Part shown: positions 1 to 12,807 of the stretch, piece by piece
Numbering within the stretch: position 1 is the first letter of the stretch
How the letters are laid out: each line of letters starts with the position of its first letter
Assembly (NCBI GenBank): GCA_951406725.2
Contig: OX597834.1
Location: forward strand, 15,686,001-15,750,000
Source: Octopus vulgaris
Lineage: Eukaryota
Direction: 5' to 3'
DNA length: 64,000 nucleotides
The notes under the pieces: generated by a model
Databases searched by the model: none
What the model was told of the DNA's origin: nothing
What the model saw: the letters and a program-made list of their open reading frames with translations, nothing else
Translations under genes and position numbers: made by a program

Positions 1-164
<164 letters not shown>

Positions 165-1860
165 GAGACGAGGAAAATTTAGCTGTAAAGAAATACAAAT
201 GGAGAAATTATAAGAAAGCGAGAGATCAGTAATATGTGATAGGGAGGAGGAAGAGTTCAAAATATGAGAAAGAGGGAGAGAGTGATGAACGAAAGGTATA
301 GAAGAGAGAGAGAGAAGGAGGAGTGAGAAAACTTTAAGAGGATGAGGTAGGAGGAGGCGGAAAGCGTAAGAAAGAGGGAGAGCTGTGAAAAATCTCAGAA
401 AATTTATATGTCTATGAGAGAGAGAGAGTGGAGGTGAATGTTAGACAAGGCGTGAGAGGTAGGGAGAAAGACCCAGTGATCTAGAAAGCGTTCAATTTCC
501 TGCAATTGAAGCGCCATTAACAAGTAGGTTCTATCGTCTGCCAAGAGAATCATGGGAAATGAATGGCTTTTTAGGAAAAATAAAAATGCCAGACAAAAGA
601 CAAAAATATAAATCAGAAATAAAGAAGTAAAGATGTGGATATTTTTGTTTTGGGGTTCTTTTTATTTATTTTTTTTTTGTGTGTGGATATAAATTGTAAT
701 GTTAATAGCGATTTTACTAGCGAGAGTAGAAAGGAATGAAGGAGTGATAGAAAGGAGAGAGGAAGAAGGTGCAAAAGCGAGTAAAAGTGATAGAGAAGGA
801 GTTAGGGCGATGGTTTGGAGAAGCAGAACGGGATTGGATGTGTGTGTGTGGTTGGTGTGTATGTGTATCTGCATGAGTGCGTCAAAAAGAATATTGCTAT
901 ATATATCTGTGTGGTGTTACTCTCACACACACACACACACGTATACATATACATACATATAATCACACTCTCTATATATACAGATATATATAACCACATA
1001 TGTACAACACACGGATAGATGTATACACGTACATGGCTATTATGCGTGTGTGTATACGTATGTATATATATATATATGTATATATATACGTACATACACA
1101 CTTATGTATCAATATGTACACACACACACACACATATATATATATGCGTACATACACACTTATGTATCAATATGTACACGTACGTACACACACACACTCA
1201 CATATATATATAATATATATGTATGCGTACATACACACTTATATATCAATATGTACACGTACACACACACATATATATAATATATATATATACATATATA
1301 TATGTATGTATGTGTGTGTATGTATGTATGTGTGTGTGCGTGTGTATGTATGTATGTATGTATGTATGTATGTATGTATGTACGTATGTATGTATGTATG
1401 TACACGTGTAAATGTATATATATTTACATGCGTGCATAGATGCGTAAACACATGTCTGTGTGTGTCTCTCTATGTATATATGTGTAGATGGATGGATGGA
1501 TGGACATACATACATACATACATACATACATACATACAGATAATGTAAAAATATAATCTTTTTGAACAACAAAGCTATTTCTTTATGTAGCAAGCTTAGC
1601 AGAAAACAGTTCAGACATTTACAAGCATTTATGGTACGGAATAAATATTCTGTACTTATCAGAATAGTTATGCTGAATTTATATTGATTATTGTAGACCA
1701 ATTAATACTGGTAATGAAAGCTTTGTTTCACATACGCAGTGATATGGGAACACTATCAGATCTTGACTCCAGAACAATGATATATATACACACACACATA
1801 GGTTGCCAAACGATGGTGAAAGCATAAACATACACACACACAAACTCGTATATATATATA

Positions 1861-1899
<39 letters not shown>

Positions 1900-1903
<4 letters not shown>

Positions 1904-2184
1904 GAAAAATACAAACTAGGACAAGAACGCAAAACATTTAGAAGACGATACAAAAAACACGGACGGGACATTCGAAGCCTCAATCTTCAGTCAAGAACCG
2001 GATCATCCTCGCAATTTCGGCTGATTAATCTTGAGATCGCTCCGATCCGGCCAGCCCCAAGGAAAAACTAAGCTACGAGCATTGGATTTCTTGGAAAAAG
2101 GATCGAATGTATACGAAACAAGGACAGAAAAACGGACGATGCCACACGAATATAAATACAAAAAACAATAATAGTAATAACAGG

Positions 2185-2188
<4 letters not shown>
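1900..2188 (-). mobile_element. ~290-bp element between (TA)n tracts; possible Penelope-derived non-autonomous element with decayed hammerhead core
   Basis: Flanked by TA repeats on both sides. Minus strand reads ...TTCTTGA CTGAAGA TTGAGGCTTC GAATGTC; helices I and III are not convincing. Confidence 0.35.
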
Positions 2189-2233
<45 letters not shown>

Positions 2234-2238
2234 TATAT

Positions 2239-2765
2239 GACGAGCTTCTTTCAGTTTCCGTCAACCAAATCTACTCACAGGGCTTTGGTCGGCCCGAGGC
2301 TACAGTAGAAAACTCTTGCAGTTCTGTATTCCCTCTTGTTTTGTTACTAAACTTCGTTTGAAATACGCTGACTTGGTTTCAATTAATTTTGAAAAAGATT
2401 CTTTAGTCTATCAATCATTGGACAGCAGCCAAGCTGGGGCGCCACCTTGAAAAGTTGGGTCAAACAAACCGGCCCTTTTGCTTGTTTTTAAGTCTGGTAC
2501 TTATGTACTTATTCTACCAGTCTTTTGCTGAACTGCGAGGGTATAGGGACGTAAAGAAACCAATATCGGTTGTCCAGCGGAGGTCGCGCACATATACAAC
2601 GTACTTCCACACAGTATCATCCGTCAACCAAATTTGGTCATAGCGCATCGTTTGGCCTGAGGCTATAGTAAAAAACACTTGTCCAATGTGCCACACAGTA
2701 GGACTGAACCCGTAGCCATGTGGTTAAGAAGTGATCTCCTTAACCACGTTGTCATGGATGCGCTA
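2239..2765 (-). mobile_element. SINE-A fragments (two partial, degraded copies)
   Basis: Matches other copies in the window, e.g. CTTCTTTCAGTTTCCGTC and GGACTGAACCC. Confidence 0.75.
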
Positions 2766-3111
2766 ATGAAGAATTTAGCGAAACAACTTTGTGTTTTTTT
2801 TCCAATCTTCAATCCGAATTGATAAAGTATTTAATTTAATTTAAAGATATACAGATAATCTACAGCAAAGTCTGATCTGATCTTGTTTTGCAGATATATT
2901 CTCTCGCTTCTCTATGGCTTCTCCTTCACCGATTCATCACTCATCTGTTTCTGATTGTCGAACGCGTTCTCGTATCTTGTTTTGACCTCTTTTACTCGTG
3001 GTGTTCATTTCCAAATCCCGTACTATTGGCCAGATCAGCAGTTGCCCCGTATCTACCTGTATATTACTTCAATCAAATACAACATTGCTAGAGTTGCCAT
3101 TCTGTCTAATC

Positions 3112-3339
3112 CGTCGGTTCTCGACCGAGGTCCATATTTTCGTTGTTAAAACATGTGCAATAAATTCGATCCACTGCTACTTTACACAAAATATTCTAAC
3201 GAGTTTTTCATACAATTCTTCATAATACTCAGTTATAAAAATAAATTGATTTTAAACACCAAACGGCAGTGGGTAGTACACTAGAGTAAAACAGGAATCT
3301 AAGGGATCCAGAAGACAAAAGAATGGTTGGAAACCACTG
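3112..3339. mobile_element. hAT-type MITE
   Basis: Imperfect TIRs CGTCGGTTCTCGACC / GGTTGGAAACCACTG. 8-bp TSD GTCTAATC (3104-3111) / ATCTAATC (3340-3347). Confidence 0.65.
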
Positions 3340-5188
3340 ATCTAATCCATTATTGTATCGTGGGGGTTTCATTTCCAGTCAACGACTATCCCCAGAAACT
3401 GGGATGTGTTCTGTTCACTAGCGTAGCTAGTGTGTGTGCCGCTCGGGACAGCTCTTCCGTTTGCCACCTCCGGACCCCACAAAAACACATATTGCCTACA
3501 GCAACAGCCTATAACAGGATGAAAAGTGCCGCCCCTAGCTACGCTAGGGATCCTGTTAATTATGTTTCAGAAGCATCAGCTCAGTGTGTTCGGTCGATTT
3601 TCCGATTTGGATCCTATGCACCGTGTTCTCTTCTCTGAGGATCCGACTGGGCTGCCAGCTAGGGTTAGTGAACATATTCTTGATAGTCACGACTGATGAG
3701 GACGCACACGCAGAGATGGGAACTGACAGGGACACTGCTTGAAGGGGTTGACGCCAGATGACCTAAGCAGCTACCGACAAATGGTTGCAGTGACGCACTG
3801 CAACCGCGTATGTCCCTGTACCATGCTATTATATTGTAACAGAAATCGTTAATTGATACTCTATATGGGTTAGCATCTTTATCTGGTGTCTTTGGACCCA
3901 TATTCTCTTGTGAACTAATATGTTGTTCCGTTAGTTCTGGCTTGTGTATCCTTTCTCCATATTATATTTTCTGCTGCTGTTGCATTGTCAAGTATGTGCA
4001 TTTTGTTTGTAGTTTGGAGCAGCTTTTAACAATGAATTTATTCTGGTGTCTGTATCGTAATATGACTTTCTTTCTGTCATTAAGCAAGATTATTTATTAC
4101 GTAATTGTTATGTTTCTGCCAGGCACAGGGGTCTTGCCCTAGGACCATTTATGTAACGTGTAGAACTGCTTAGAGTTACTTTGTTTATGGCTCTATTATT
4201 TCCCTTTATATCCTTATGTATCGAATGTTCTGCTCTAAATGCTGTGGAATGACTATATGTGTTGTGTAAATCTGCCTTTAAATGTTATGCTGGTTGCATT
4301 GATGTAGATTTTGGCTGTTTGTCACTCTTGACAATTTTCATTCAATGAACATATTTTTTAGCCATTGTAATTGGAAAAGAGCTGTATTGATCTGTTGCAT
4401 TGAATTAGTAAACACATGTACGGAATGCAAAACTTAACCACACAGAAAAGAACAATGAAATTACACTATAAATATATGCAAACGAACATTTCCACAACCA
4501 AACTTCAATAATAATCTAATAAGCAACAAGGTGGCTAATTAGCGGTCATAAAAGCGTTGGTTATAATCCCGCGTGATATTTTTTCCGATTCTACGATTTG
4601 AGTTTCAATCCCATCGAAGTAAATTTTGCCTTTTCTTCTTTCCAGCGCCCTTTAGAAAAAACAAAACGCCGATCTAGGGTGGTAAATTAGTGGAAAAATT
4701 CTGGAGAGTCAGATCAAGTACCTTGTGGTAATTGCTACTGCTCGTTAATCACTTAGACAGAGTCATTAATTTTCTTTTTTCCAAATAATGTATCTATATT
4801 ACTTTCGTCTTGTGGGGGTTTTTTTCTGTTGTTGTTCACTTTATCAGAAAACTTTGAAATGTGTTTATCGATGAGTAAATCTATCGATTAATGCTCATTG
4901 ATTTTGCATTAATCTATCGATTAAATAATCTATCGGTTATTGATTGAACATTAATCTATCGATTAATGCTCATTAATCAATGAGCATTGATTAAGACTCA
5001 TTGATTTTCATCGTTGTTACTGACGAGGAAGTTTTGTTGTCGTTTTTTTTATATTTATTTCAATTAATTTAGCCTTGAGCAATTTCAATATTTGCAAAGG
5101 ATACGGAGTGTTTAAGAAGGATTTTGAGTGGACGATTTCATTTATTAAAAAGGGGCAGTTACAGTAAATGGTAAACATAGGTTTTGTG

Positions 5189-5375
5189 TACGAGATGGTA
5201 TCAAAAAGTTGCCGGGTTAGTTCTGTAGTGCCCCAACAGATGGCAGCATGTGGTCGTGTGCTCAGTGAGAGCTTGCAGTGACCTTAATGATTCAGAGTGC
5301 CGAATGACATGGCTGTGTTTACTTCGCAAGTTGTGAAATTTGTGCTTTTGTGATCACAGGTATGCTGCAGTCTGC
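5189..5375 (+). mobile_element. mariner-like transposon 5' end remnant
   Basis: Begins TA-CGAGATGGTATCAAAAAGTT, resembling mariner TIRs and the TIR at 47629. No partner TIR found. Confidence 0.5.
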
Positions 5376-5434
5376 TAGTTTGCCACCTTCTTTATAGTGA
5401 TCAAGCGCATGTGTTGTACCTTAGCTCACCACTT

Positions 5435-5620
5435 CCATCAAATCGACGTTGCCTGAACAAATGCACAGCGTGCCAGGCGTCAGGTGTCGAAGGGATCGCA
5501 AAGTAACGTGAGATGTAGTGTGTTGCCTAAGAACACAACGTACCACCTGGTCTATGAATTGAAACCACGATCTCACGATCATGAGACCAGGACCCCAACC
5601 ACTAGGCCTTGCATCCTCGG
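5435..5620 (-). mobile_element. SINE-C-related degraded copy
   Basis: tRNA-like head on the minus strand (AACCACTAGGCC; GAATTGAAACC B-box region). Confidence 0.55.
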
Positions 5621-5640
5621 GTACTATAACAAGAATAATA

Positions 5641-6093
5641 ATCCTTTCTACAATCGGCACAAGGCCTGCAATTTGTAGGGAGAGATAAAATCGATTACAT
5701 CGACCTCAGTGTTTAACTGGCACTTATTTTATCGACCCCCGAGAGGATGAAAGGCAAAGTTAACCTCGGTGGAATTTGAAATCAGAACGTAACGACGGAC
5801 CAAAAGCCGCTAAGCATTTTATCCGGCGTTCTAACGATTCTGCCAGCTCGCCGCCTTAATAATAATAAAGACAATAATGATCCTTTCTACTATGGGCGCA
5901 AGGCCTGAAATTTTGGGGGAGGGTACTGATCGATTACATCGACCCTAGTACACAGCTGGTTCTTGATGTATCGACCCCGAAAGGATGAAAGGCAAAGTCG
6001 ACCTCGGCGGAATTTGAACTCAGAACGTAGCGGCAGACGAAATACTGCTGAGCATTTCGCCTGGCGTGCTAACGTTTCTGCCAGCTCGCCGCC

Positions 6094-6095
<2 letters not shown>
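5641..6095 (-). mobile_element. Two adjacent SINE-B copies (5641-5857, 5879-6095)
   Basis: Both contain GGATGAAAGGCAAAGT..ACCTCGG.GGAATTTGAA and end GCCAGCTCGCCGCC. Confidence 0.9.
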
Positions 6096-6137
<42 letters not shown>

Positions 6138-6649
6138 CATCCTTTCTATTATAATTATAAGACTTGAAATTTTGGAGGAGGGGACATCATCATAATAAGA
6201 GTCGTTTCTCTCTTGGACACAAGGCCTATTTTTTCCGCTTATATTTGTGATTGTTCTCTTCCTGTCATTACTCAACATACCTGACCATAGTTGGAGACAG
6301 GCACGAAAACCGAATTCACGTTTTCTAATTTAGGCAGATTGGAAATTGAGTGGGAGGGAGAGGAGTTAGTCGCCTCCAGAACATAACTGGTACTTTGTTT
6401 TATCAATTGCAAAAGAATTAAAGACAAATTTGTGGCCGAGAGGATTTGAACAACTCTGAATGTAAAAGACCGTACTAAACACCACTCAAAGAATACTACC
6501 AACCACCACCACCCACACACACACACTAACACGCATGTATGATTAACAAAACTAAATATGTAACAGTTGGGGTTTTTTTCTCTCTAGATTGTTGACTTTA
6601 AAACCTAGAATTTCTTTCAAACTTCTTCCAATGAGGTACGCCAGTAATT

Positions 6650-7090
6650 TTCTCTCTCTCAAGATCTCTCTTTCTCAATGTCTCTCTTTCTCATTGTCTC
6701 TCTTTCTCAGTGTCTCTCTCTCTCTCAATGCCTCCCCCTATCTCAATGGCTCTCTCTAAGTGTGTCTCTCTCCCTCTCAGTGTCTCTCTCTCAGTGTCTC
6801 TCTCTCTCTCAGTGTCTTACTTTCTCTCTCTCTCAGTGTCTCTCTCTCAGCGTCTCACTCTCTCTCAGTGTCTCTCTCTCTCTCAGTGTCTCTCTCTCTC
6901 TCAGTGCCTCTCTCTCAGAGCCTCTCTCTCTCTCCATCAGTGTCTCTCTCCCTCTCAGTGCCTCTCTCTCGGTATCTCTCTCCGTCTCTCTCTATTTCAA
7001 TCTCTAACTCACAATGTATCTCTCTCCATCTCTGTCTCTTTTGGTGTCTCCCTCTCTCCATCTCTCTCTCCCTCCATCCCTCTCTCCCTA
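6650..7090. repeat. CT-rich degenerate minisatellite (CTCTCTCTCAGTGT-like unit)
   Basis: Repeated TCTCAGTGTCTCTC motifs. Confidence 0.85.
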
Positions 7091-7233
7091 CCTCTATGTT
7101 CCACGAACTCAAAACGAGAATTACTGTGAATCTTCCTCGTTGGTTCAGGTATGTGTGTGTGTCTATATATATGTATATATATGTATGCTTGCATGCATCT
7201 GTGTGTATTAGCATATGTGTATCTTCATACGCG

Positions 7234-7264
<31 letters not shown>

Positions 7265-7701
7265 TGTATGTAATGTATGTATGTATGTATGTATGTATGT
7301 ATGTATGTATGTATGTATGTATGTATGTATGTATGTATGTATGTATGTATGTATGTATGTATGTATGTATGTGAATGTGCTTGTCTTGGTTTTTGCAGCA
7401 ACGTGCAACATGAATGTATGGATATATGACTGTATATATATATATGAGGATACATATATGGATGTATAAATAAATGGACGTATTTAGTACAGAAGATACT
7501 ATCTAGGGAGTGACGGAAATGCAAAACAAAAGACTAAAAAAACACAAAGAAATTGAAGAAGGATTCAAAGAAAATATGGAAGATAACTGAAAAAAGCTGC
7601 AAAACTTTAATTAAGTAAATATCTTTATCACATTTTTGAGAAGAAAAAATAATTACTACATACATACATACATATACATACATAGTTACATACATACATA
7701 A

Positions 7702-7795
<94 letters not shown>

Positions 7796-8742
7796 CAAAT
7801 ACATTTTCAAAGAAAAATTTCAAAGAATAACATTTTCAAGAAAACTTCCTCAAAATTTTATTTTGAAGAGAAGAGACGAAGAAAGTAAATAAATATATTG
7901 CGATTGTTATCGTTTGTTTGTAGATTAATGGAGAGGAGAGAAATGGAGGTGAGGAGGCTAGGGAGGTTTCGGGGAGCCAGGGTTGCGGTGGCTGGCGGAG
8001 AGGAGTGAGAGTTTTTGTTGGTGTGGTGTGGTGTGGTTTGGTCTGGTCTGGTGGTTGTGTGGTGGTTGTTTGGTGGTGGTTGTTGTTGTTGTTGTGGTGG
8101 TGGTGGTGGTGGTGGTGGTTGTTGTTGTTGTTGTTGCTATACTCTGGTGATTTTGTATCAACGTTAAAAATCAGCAGCAGCGGTAGCAGCAGCAGCATTC
8201 TAATTATTCCCATCTTTGTCGTTGTCGTCGATATCATCATGGCCACCATCACCATCATTCTCATCATCATCACCAGCAGCAGCATCGTTAGTATTGTCAT
8301 TATCTCACCACCACCACCACCACCATCAGCAGCTTTCACATTATGATCATAATCACCATCATCACCATCAGCAACTTCGCCATTATCTTCATATTAATTT
8401 AAAACAAAATCGTTGGAATAAAGGACAAAAGCCTTACTATATCTACGGCTCTTTACGTTCCGAGTTCAAATCCTCCGAAATCAACTATATTTCTGTTTCC
8501 ATCGGGGCGGTCGATAACATACAGAAGCTGTATAATTACCCACTTCCTTCAAAATTTGCTGGAATTCAGCCAAAATTACGGACAAATAATTCGCTTTGCG
8601 ACTTCGTGGTTTCGGGTTCAATCTCACAGCGTGGCACCAAGAGTAAGTCCTTCCTAGCCCCGGGGTGACTAATGCCGTGTGAGAGAATTTGACAGAAATT
8701 GCGTGGACGTCCGTCGTGCATATGTGTGCATGTGTGTGCATA

Positions 8743-8957
8743 TTCTTTTATTTGTTTCGGCCATGCTGGAGCACCGCCTTGAAGGGTTTTAGTCGAACAA
8801 ATCAGCCAAACGACTTATTCTTGAAGCCTAATACTTATTCTGTCAGTCTCTTCTGACGAATCGCTATGCTACGGGGATGGAAACACACCAGCACCAGTTG
8901 TTAAGCGGTGATGGGGGACAAAGATACACACACACACACGCGTATATAAAGCCCGTC

Positions 8958-9001
<44 letters not shown>

Positions 9002-9151
9002 GACAGGCTTCTTTCAGTTTCTGTCTACCAAATCCACTCACAAGGCTTTGGTCGGCTTGAGGCTACAGTAGAAGGCACTTGCCCAAGGTACCTAGCAGTG
9101 GGACTGAACCCGGAACCATGCGGTCGGGAAGCAAGTTTCTTACCACACAGC
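8743..9151 (-). mobile_element. SINE-A
   Basis: Body with internal TA/CA tract; matches 12282-12692. Confidence 0.85.
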
Positions 9152-9250
9152 TATATACTTCATTAATATTCCTTGCACTTTCCATTGCCTTTTTACCTTT
9201 AATGAACTCATAAAGCAAAATATGCCGAATATGCTCCTTTGTCACTACCA
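9152..9250 (-). pseudogene. mariner transposase N-terminal (Mos1-type HTH) fragment
   Basis: Minus strand reads VVTKEHIRHILLYEFIKGKKAMESARNINEVY, typical of the first HTH of mariner transposases. Confidence 0.75.
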
Positions 9251-10435
9251 GCCTCTATCTCTGATTCCCAACACGGCTTCGTGCCGAAGAGATCATGCTT
9301 GACCAACTTACTGGTAATGGAAGAATTGGTGACGCGCATCCTCGATGATAGTGATGCTGTTGACATCGTTTTATTGGACTTTGCCAAAGCTTTTGACTCG
9401 GTAAACCACCACCTATTACTTGTCAAGCTTCAAGCATATAGTTTCCATCCGGATATTGTACGATGGGTTGGTGCCTTCCTCTCAGATCGCTCCTTCCAAG
9501 TCCAAGTTAATGGTTCGCGGTCCGACGTCTCCAGTGCGAGCAGTGGCGTGCCTCAAGGTTCAGTGCTTGGGCCCTTGTTGTTCTTAGTCTTCATAAATGA
9601 CTTGCCCGACGACCTCACGCAACACACCCTTCTATTTGCCGACGATATCAAACTGGTCGCTCCTCGCGGTAATATAGAGGATCTTCGTCGATGCCTCCAC
9701 CAAATTTGGAAGTGGTCTAACGATTGGGACCTGTGTCTGAACGTGTCAAAGTGCTGTCATCTGCCTGTCGGCTCTACTCCTGCAACTCAACTTGATTTCG
9801 AGCCGGGTCGTCTGCTGCTGGAGAGGACCGATCAGGTAAAGGACCTGGGTATCTTGGTGGATTCCTCCTTTTCGCCTTCGGCCCAGTGCGTCCATGCTGC
9901 CAACAAAGCACGCGGAATTCTGTTCTTGATTCGACGGTCATTCGGAATGCTCATAGCAGCCATATTCCTACCACTCTATGTCACGCTGGTGAGACCCATA
10001 TTGGAGTATGGGATTCAAGCCTCTTCTCCTTATCTCCTCAAAGACATACAGCATCTCGAAAGAGTCCAGAAGCTGGCTACCCCCATGGTTCATGGTCTCA
10101 AAAATTTGTCCTACGAAGAAAGGCTGAGGACGCTCGACCTTTATTCTCCTGAAAAACGCCGCCGCCGTGGTGATCTCATTCTGGCCCACAACATCATAAG
10201 CGGAAAGTGTAACCTCTCGAAAGAGCTGTTCTTCACTCCTGCTCCAGAGCGTCGGCTGCGGGGTCATTCCGAAAAGCTCTACCTGCGACGATTTCATCTC
10301 AATCGAAGGAGAGGAGCTTTCTCCGTCCGGGTTGCGGATCCGTGGAACAAGCTGCCAGACGAGATGGTGAAGATGCCGACGACCGCTTTGTTCAAAGCCT
10401 CCCTGGACCTCAAGTGGTCTGAACTCTTTACATGA
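9251..10435 (+). CDS. Non-LTR retrotransposon reverse transcriptase, partial ORF2 (5'-truncated, uninterrupted)
   Basis: Motifs QHGF..RSCLTNL, LDFAKAFDSV, SGVPQGSVLGPLLFLVFINDL, FADDIKL, LVRPILEY and the CR1-type C-terminus LRGHSEKL...FSVRVADPWNKLP. No stops or frameshifts. Confidence 0.9.
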   Translation, partial: ASISDSQHGFVPKRSCLTNLLVMEELVTRILDDSDAVDIVLLDFAKAFDSVNHHLLLVKLQAYSFHPDIVRWVGAFLSDRSFQVQVNGSRSDVSSASSGVPQGSVLGPLLFLVFINDLPDDLTQHTLLFADDIKLVAPRGNIEDLRRCLHQIWKWSNDWDLCLNVSKCCHLPVGSTPATQLDFEPGRLLLERTDQVKDLGILVDSSFSPSAQCVHAANKARGILFLIRRSFGMLIAAIFLPLYVTLVRPILEYGIQASSPYLLKDIQHLERVQKLATPMVHGLKNLSYEERLRTLDLYSPEKRRRRGDLILAHNIISGKCNLSKELFFTPAPERRLRGHSEKLYLRRFHLNRRRGAFSVRVADPWNKLPDEMVKMPTTALFKASLDLKWSELFT

Positions 10436-10526
10436 ACACCACCCTGTACTTAACTCCATGTCCCCCTACATGGCCTTGCTATTTGCTTTTGAGCCAAATT
10501 AACTAACTAACTAACTAACTAACTAA
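9251..10526 (+). mobile_element. 5'-truncated CR1-clade LINE (RT C-terminal part, short 3' UTR, (TAAC)n tail)
   Basis: RT motifs present; 3' UTR stem-loop CCATGT/ACATGG at 10456-10473; (TAAC)n tail at 10500-10526. Confidence 0.92.
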
Positions 10527-10688
10527 TTATAGCTTTGAAAAAATAACTGTTAAAATCAAACTGCACTCTTCAAAACTTGCACTAAGAATAAACACAAGGT
10601 AAAATTACTACCTGATTTCATAGCAAGTTGATGCAGATAGTTTATCCCGTCCCCTCCGACTTTTAGTTTATGCAATTGAAAAAACTGC
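10527..10688 (-). mobile_element. 5' non-coding part of the mariner interrupted by the LINE
   Basis: Joining 9250 to 10527 rebuilds ...AAAGCTATA-ATG-GTA-GTG-ACA-AAG in frame on the minus strand. Confidence 0.6.
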
Positions 10689-11876
10689 TACTTCGAGTCT
10701 TGCACAAAGGCTTCATGCAAGTTACAACGTCTGAAGACCCTGTGTTCCTACAGACGAAAACTCGGAGCAGCCAGAAAGTGACTCGACGAAAGTAAAATAT
10801 TGTATATCTCTACGTTTGTGCGGGGTTTTGCGTTTGTCAACCACCACCAGAACGCTTTACAACCGCTGCTGGTTTTTTTTTAATGTCCCAACAACTTAGC
10901 CGTCCGGCAAAAGAGATCCATAGAATAAGTACCAAACTATCAAAAAAACAAAAATAAGTACTAGTGTCGGTTTGTTCGACTATAACCCTACAAACCACTG
11001 CCCCCATCATGGCCACAGTCCAATGGCAGAAACAAGAAAGTAAACCGGTATTATCAGCATCGTCCGCATGAAACTTGATTATGCTTTGAATTTATTCCAT
11101 AGTTGGGAGCGAAATACGTGAAATTATTTTACCAGAATTGGTAAAGCGAGCTAAGTGGCAATAGTCTTTCCAGCTAAAGCGGTGAGCGAACAGATGGATG
11201 AGCGCGTCAGAATAAATGCTTAGTGGCATTTCTTCCAGTTCTTTATGTTCTGAGTTCAAATTCTAGTCAACTTCACCTTTTATACTTTCAAGTTGTTAAA
11301 GTACCAATCAAGTACTGGAGAAACTATTATCGACTAACTTTCGACACTGTTATCGACTAACCTTCTCTTAAATTGCTGGCTAAAGTTATCGACTAACCTT
11401 CTCCCCTAAAATTGCTGAAAAGAAGTTGTATAAGGATGTTGAACGAACCACCATGTTTCCAAAGGTGAATTATCCAAACCTCAAAGAATTCCTTTCAACA
11501 CACGGCTATGATGCTCTCCCACTACTTCTGCTCGTGATCAGAGATGCACATATCGTCAGCCACTAAGAGATATGGTCAACTGGTTAAGGTCAAGCAACTG
11601 ACAAGCAGATCTGTGGTATTGAGGAGAATATTTGTGTAGCCCATCTTATATACCAAGATAAAACAATGTACATGATAACACTTCCAGTCATTTAAGGTCA
11701 GAAGTCATGAGAGCCACTGCCTGGTACTGTATCAGAGCATTTCTTACTATCATTATTATTGAAAGCAGAATCGTTAGCACGCTGAATGAAAAGCTTAGCA
11801 GTATTTCATTTGTCGCTACGTTCCCTCCCAGAAATTATCCGGCCTTATGCCTTTAGTAGGAAGGACTATAATTATT

Positions 11877-12087
11877 AAGGCAGCGAACTGGCAGAATCGT
11901 TAGCATGCTGGACGAAATGCTTAGCGGCATTTCGTCCGTCTTTACGTTCTGAGTTCAAATTCCGCCGAGGTCGACTTTGCGTTTTACCCTTTCGGGATCG
12001 ATAAATTAAGTACTAGTGAAACAGGAATCGATGAAATCGACTAGTCCCCTCCCCCAAAATTTCAGGCCTTGTGCCTATAGTAGAAAG
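11877..12087 (+). mobile_element. SINE-B (further degraded copies at 11175-11420 and 11760-11870)
   Basis: GGCAGCGAACTGGCAGAATCGTTAG head; GAGTTCAAATTCC B-box. Confidence 0.85.
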
Positions 12088-12281
12088 CTTTTTTTTAATT
12101 ATGCAACGTTTCTGCAAGAGACTGTTACTATTATCGTTTGTTCATGTTTCATCTCGAGTAAACTCAGAAACAGCAGGTCTGTGATCAAAATGCATCCTGG
12201 CCGTAACCACCCCCTCTTTATTTGAGTCAATATAACTGTGACAATATTATCTAGCATGTTATATATATATATATATATATA

Positions 12282-12692
12282 GGAGGAGTGACTGTGTGGT
12301 AAGTAGCTTGATAACCAACCACATGGTTCCGGGTTCAGTCCCACTGCGTGGCACCTTGGGCAAGTGTCTTCTGCTATAGCCCCGGGTCGACCAATGCCTT
12401 GTGAGTGGATTTGGTAGACGGAAACTGAAAGAAGCCTGTCGTATATATGTATATATGTATATATATATGTGTGTGTGTGTTTGTGTGTCTGTGTTTGTCC
12501 CCCTAGCATTGCTTGACAACCGATGCTGGTGTGTTTACGTCCCCGTCACTTAGCGGTTCGGCAAAAGAGACCGATAGAATAAGTACTGGGCTTACAAAGA
12601 TTAAGTCCCGGGGTCGATTGCTCGACTAAAGGCGGTGCTCCAGCATGGCCGCAGTCAAATGACTGAAACAAGTAAAAGAGTAAAAGAGAGAG
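12282..12692 (+). mobile_element. SINE-A, near full length
   Basis: tRNA-like head (GCTGTGTGGTAAG-like A box, GGGTTCAGTCCC B box), internal TA/TG tract and (AGTAAAAG)n tail. Near-identical to 46846-47277. Confidence 0.93.
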
Positions 12693-12760
12693 AATATATA
12701 TATTTCAAGAACGGCAATCTACATTTTGAGAGTCAGAGATTCAACTTCTATTTCTTGCAG

Positions 12761-12807
12761 GTCGAACGGCCACTTGGATTCTCCATCGTTGACACCGCAA
12801 GACAAAG
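12761..12807 (+). CDS. Candidate 47-nt internal exon of an unidentified host gene
   Basis: Acceptor TTCTATTTCTTGCAG| and donor AAG|GTAAGT around non-repeat sequence. Open frames: SNGHLDSPSLTPQDK or VERPLGFSIVDTARQ. Confidence 0.5.

Noticed and set aside
1000-1548. [12 protein letters not shown]-type ORFs here and throughout the window
   Set aside because: Dinucleotide and tetranucleotide repeat artefacts.
3692-3730. CTGATGAGGAC hammerhead core
   Set aside because: No complementary GTCC-GAAA downstream.
6588-6634. Possible exon (TCTCTAG|...GAG|GTACGC)
   Set aside because: Weak donor and AT-rich intron-like composition; not enough support.
9968-10459. 163-aa minus-strand ORF
   Set aside because: Antisense shadow of the LINE RT ORF.
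10731-10765. CTGAAGA...GAAA hammerhead-like string
   Set aside because: No helix I or III; it lies in a degraded SINE-A (corresponds to AGACGGAAACTG).
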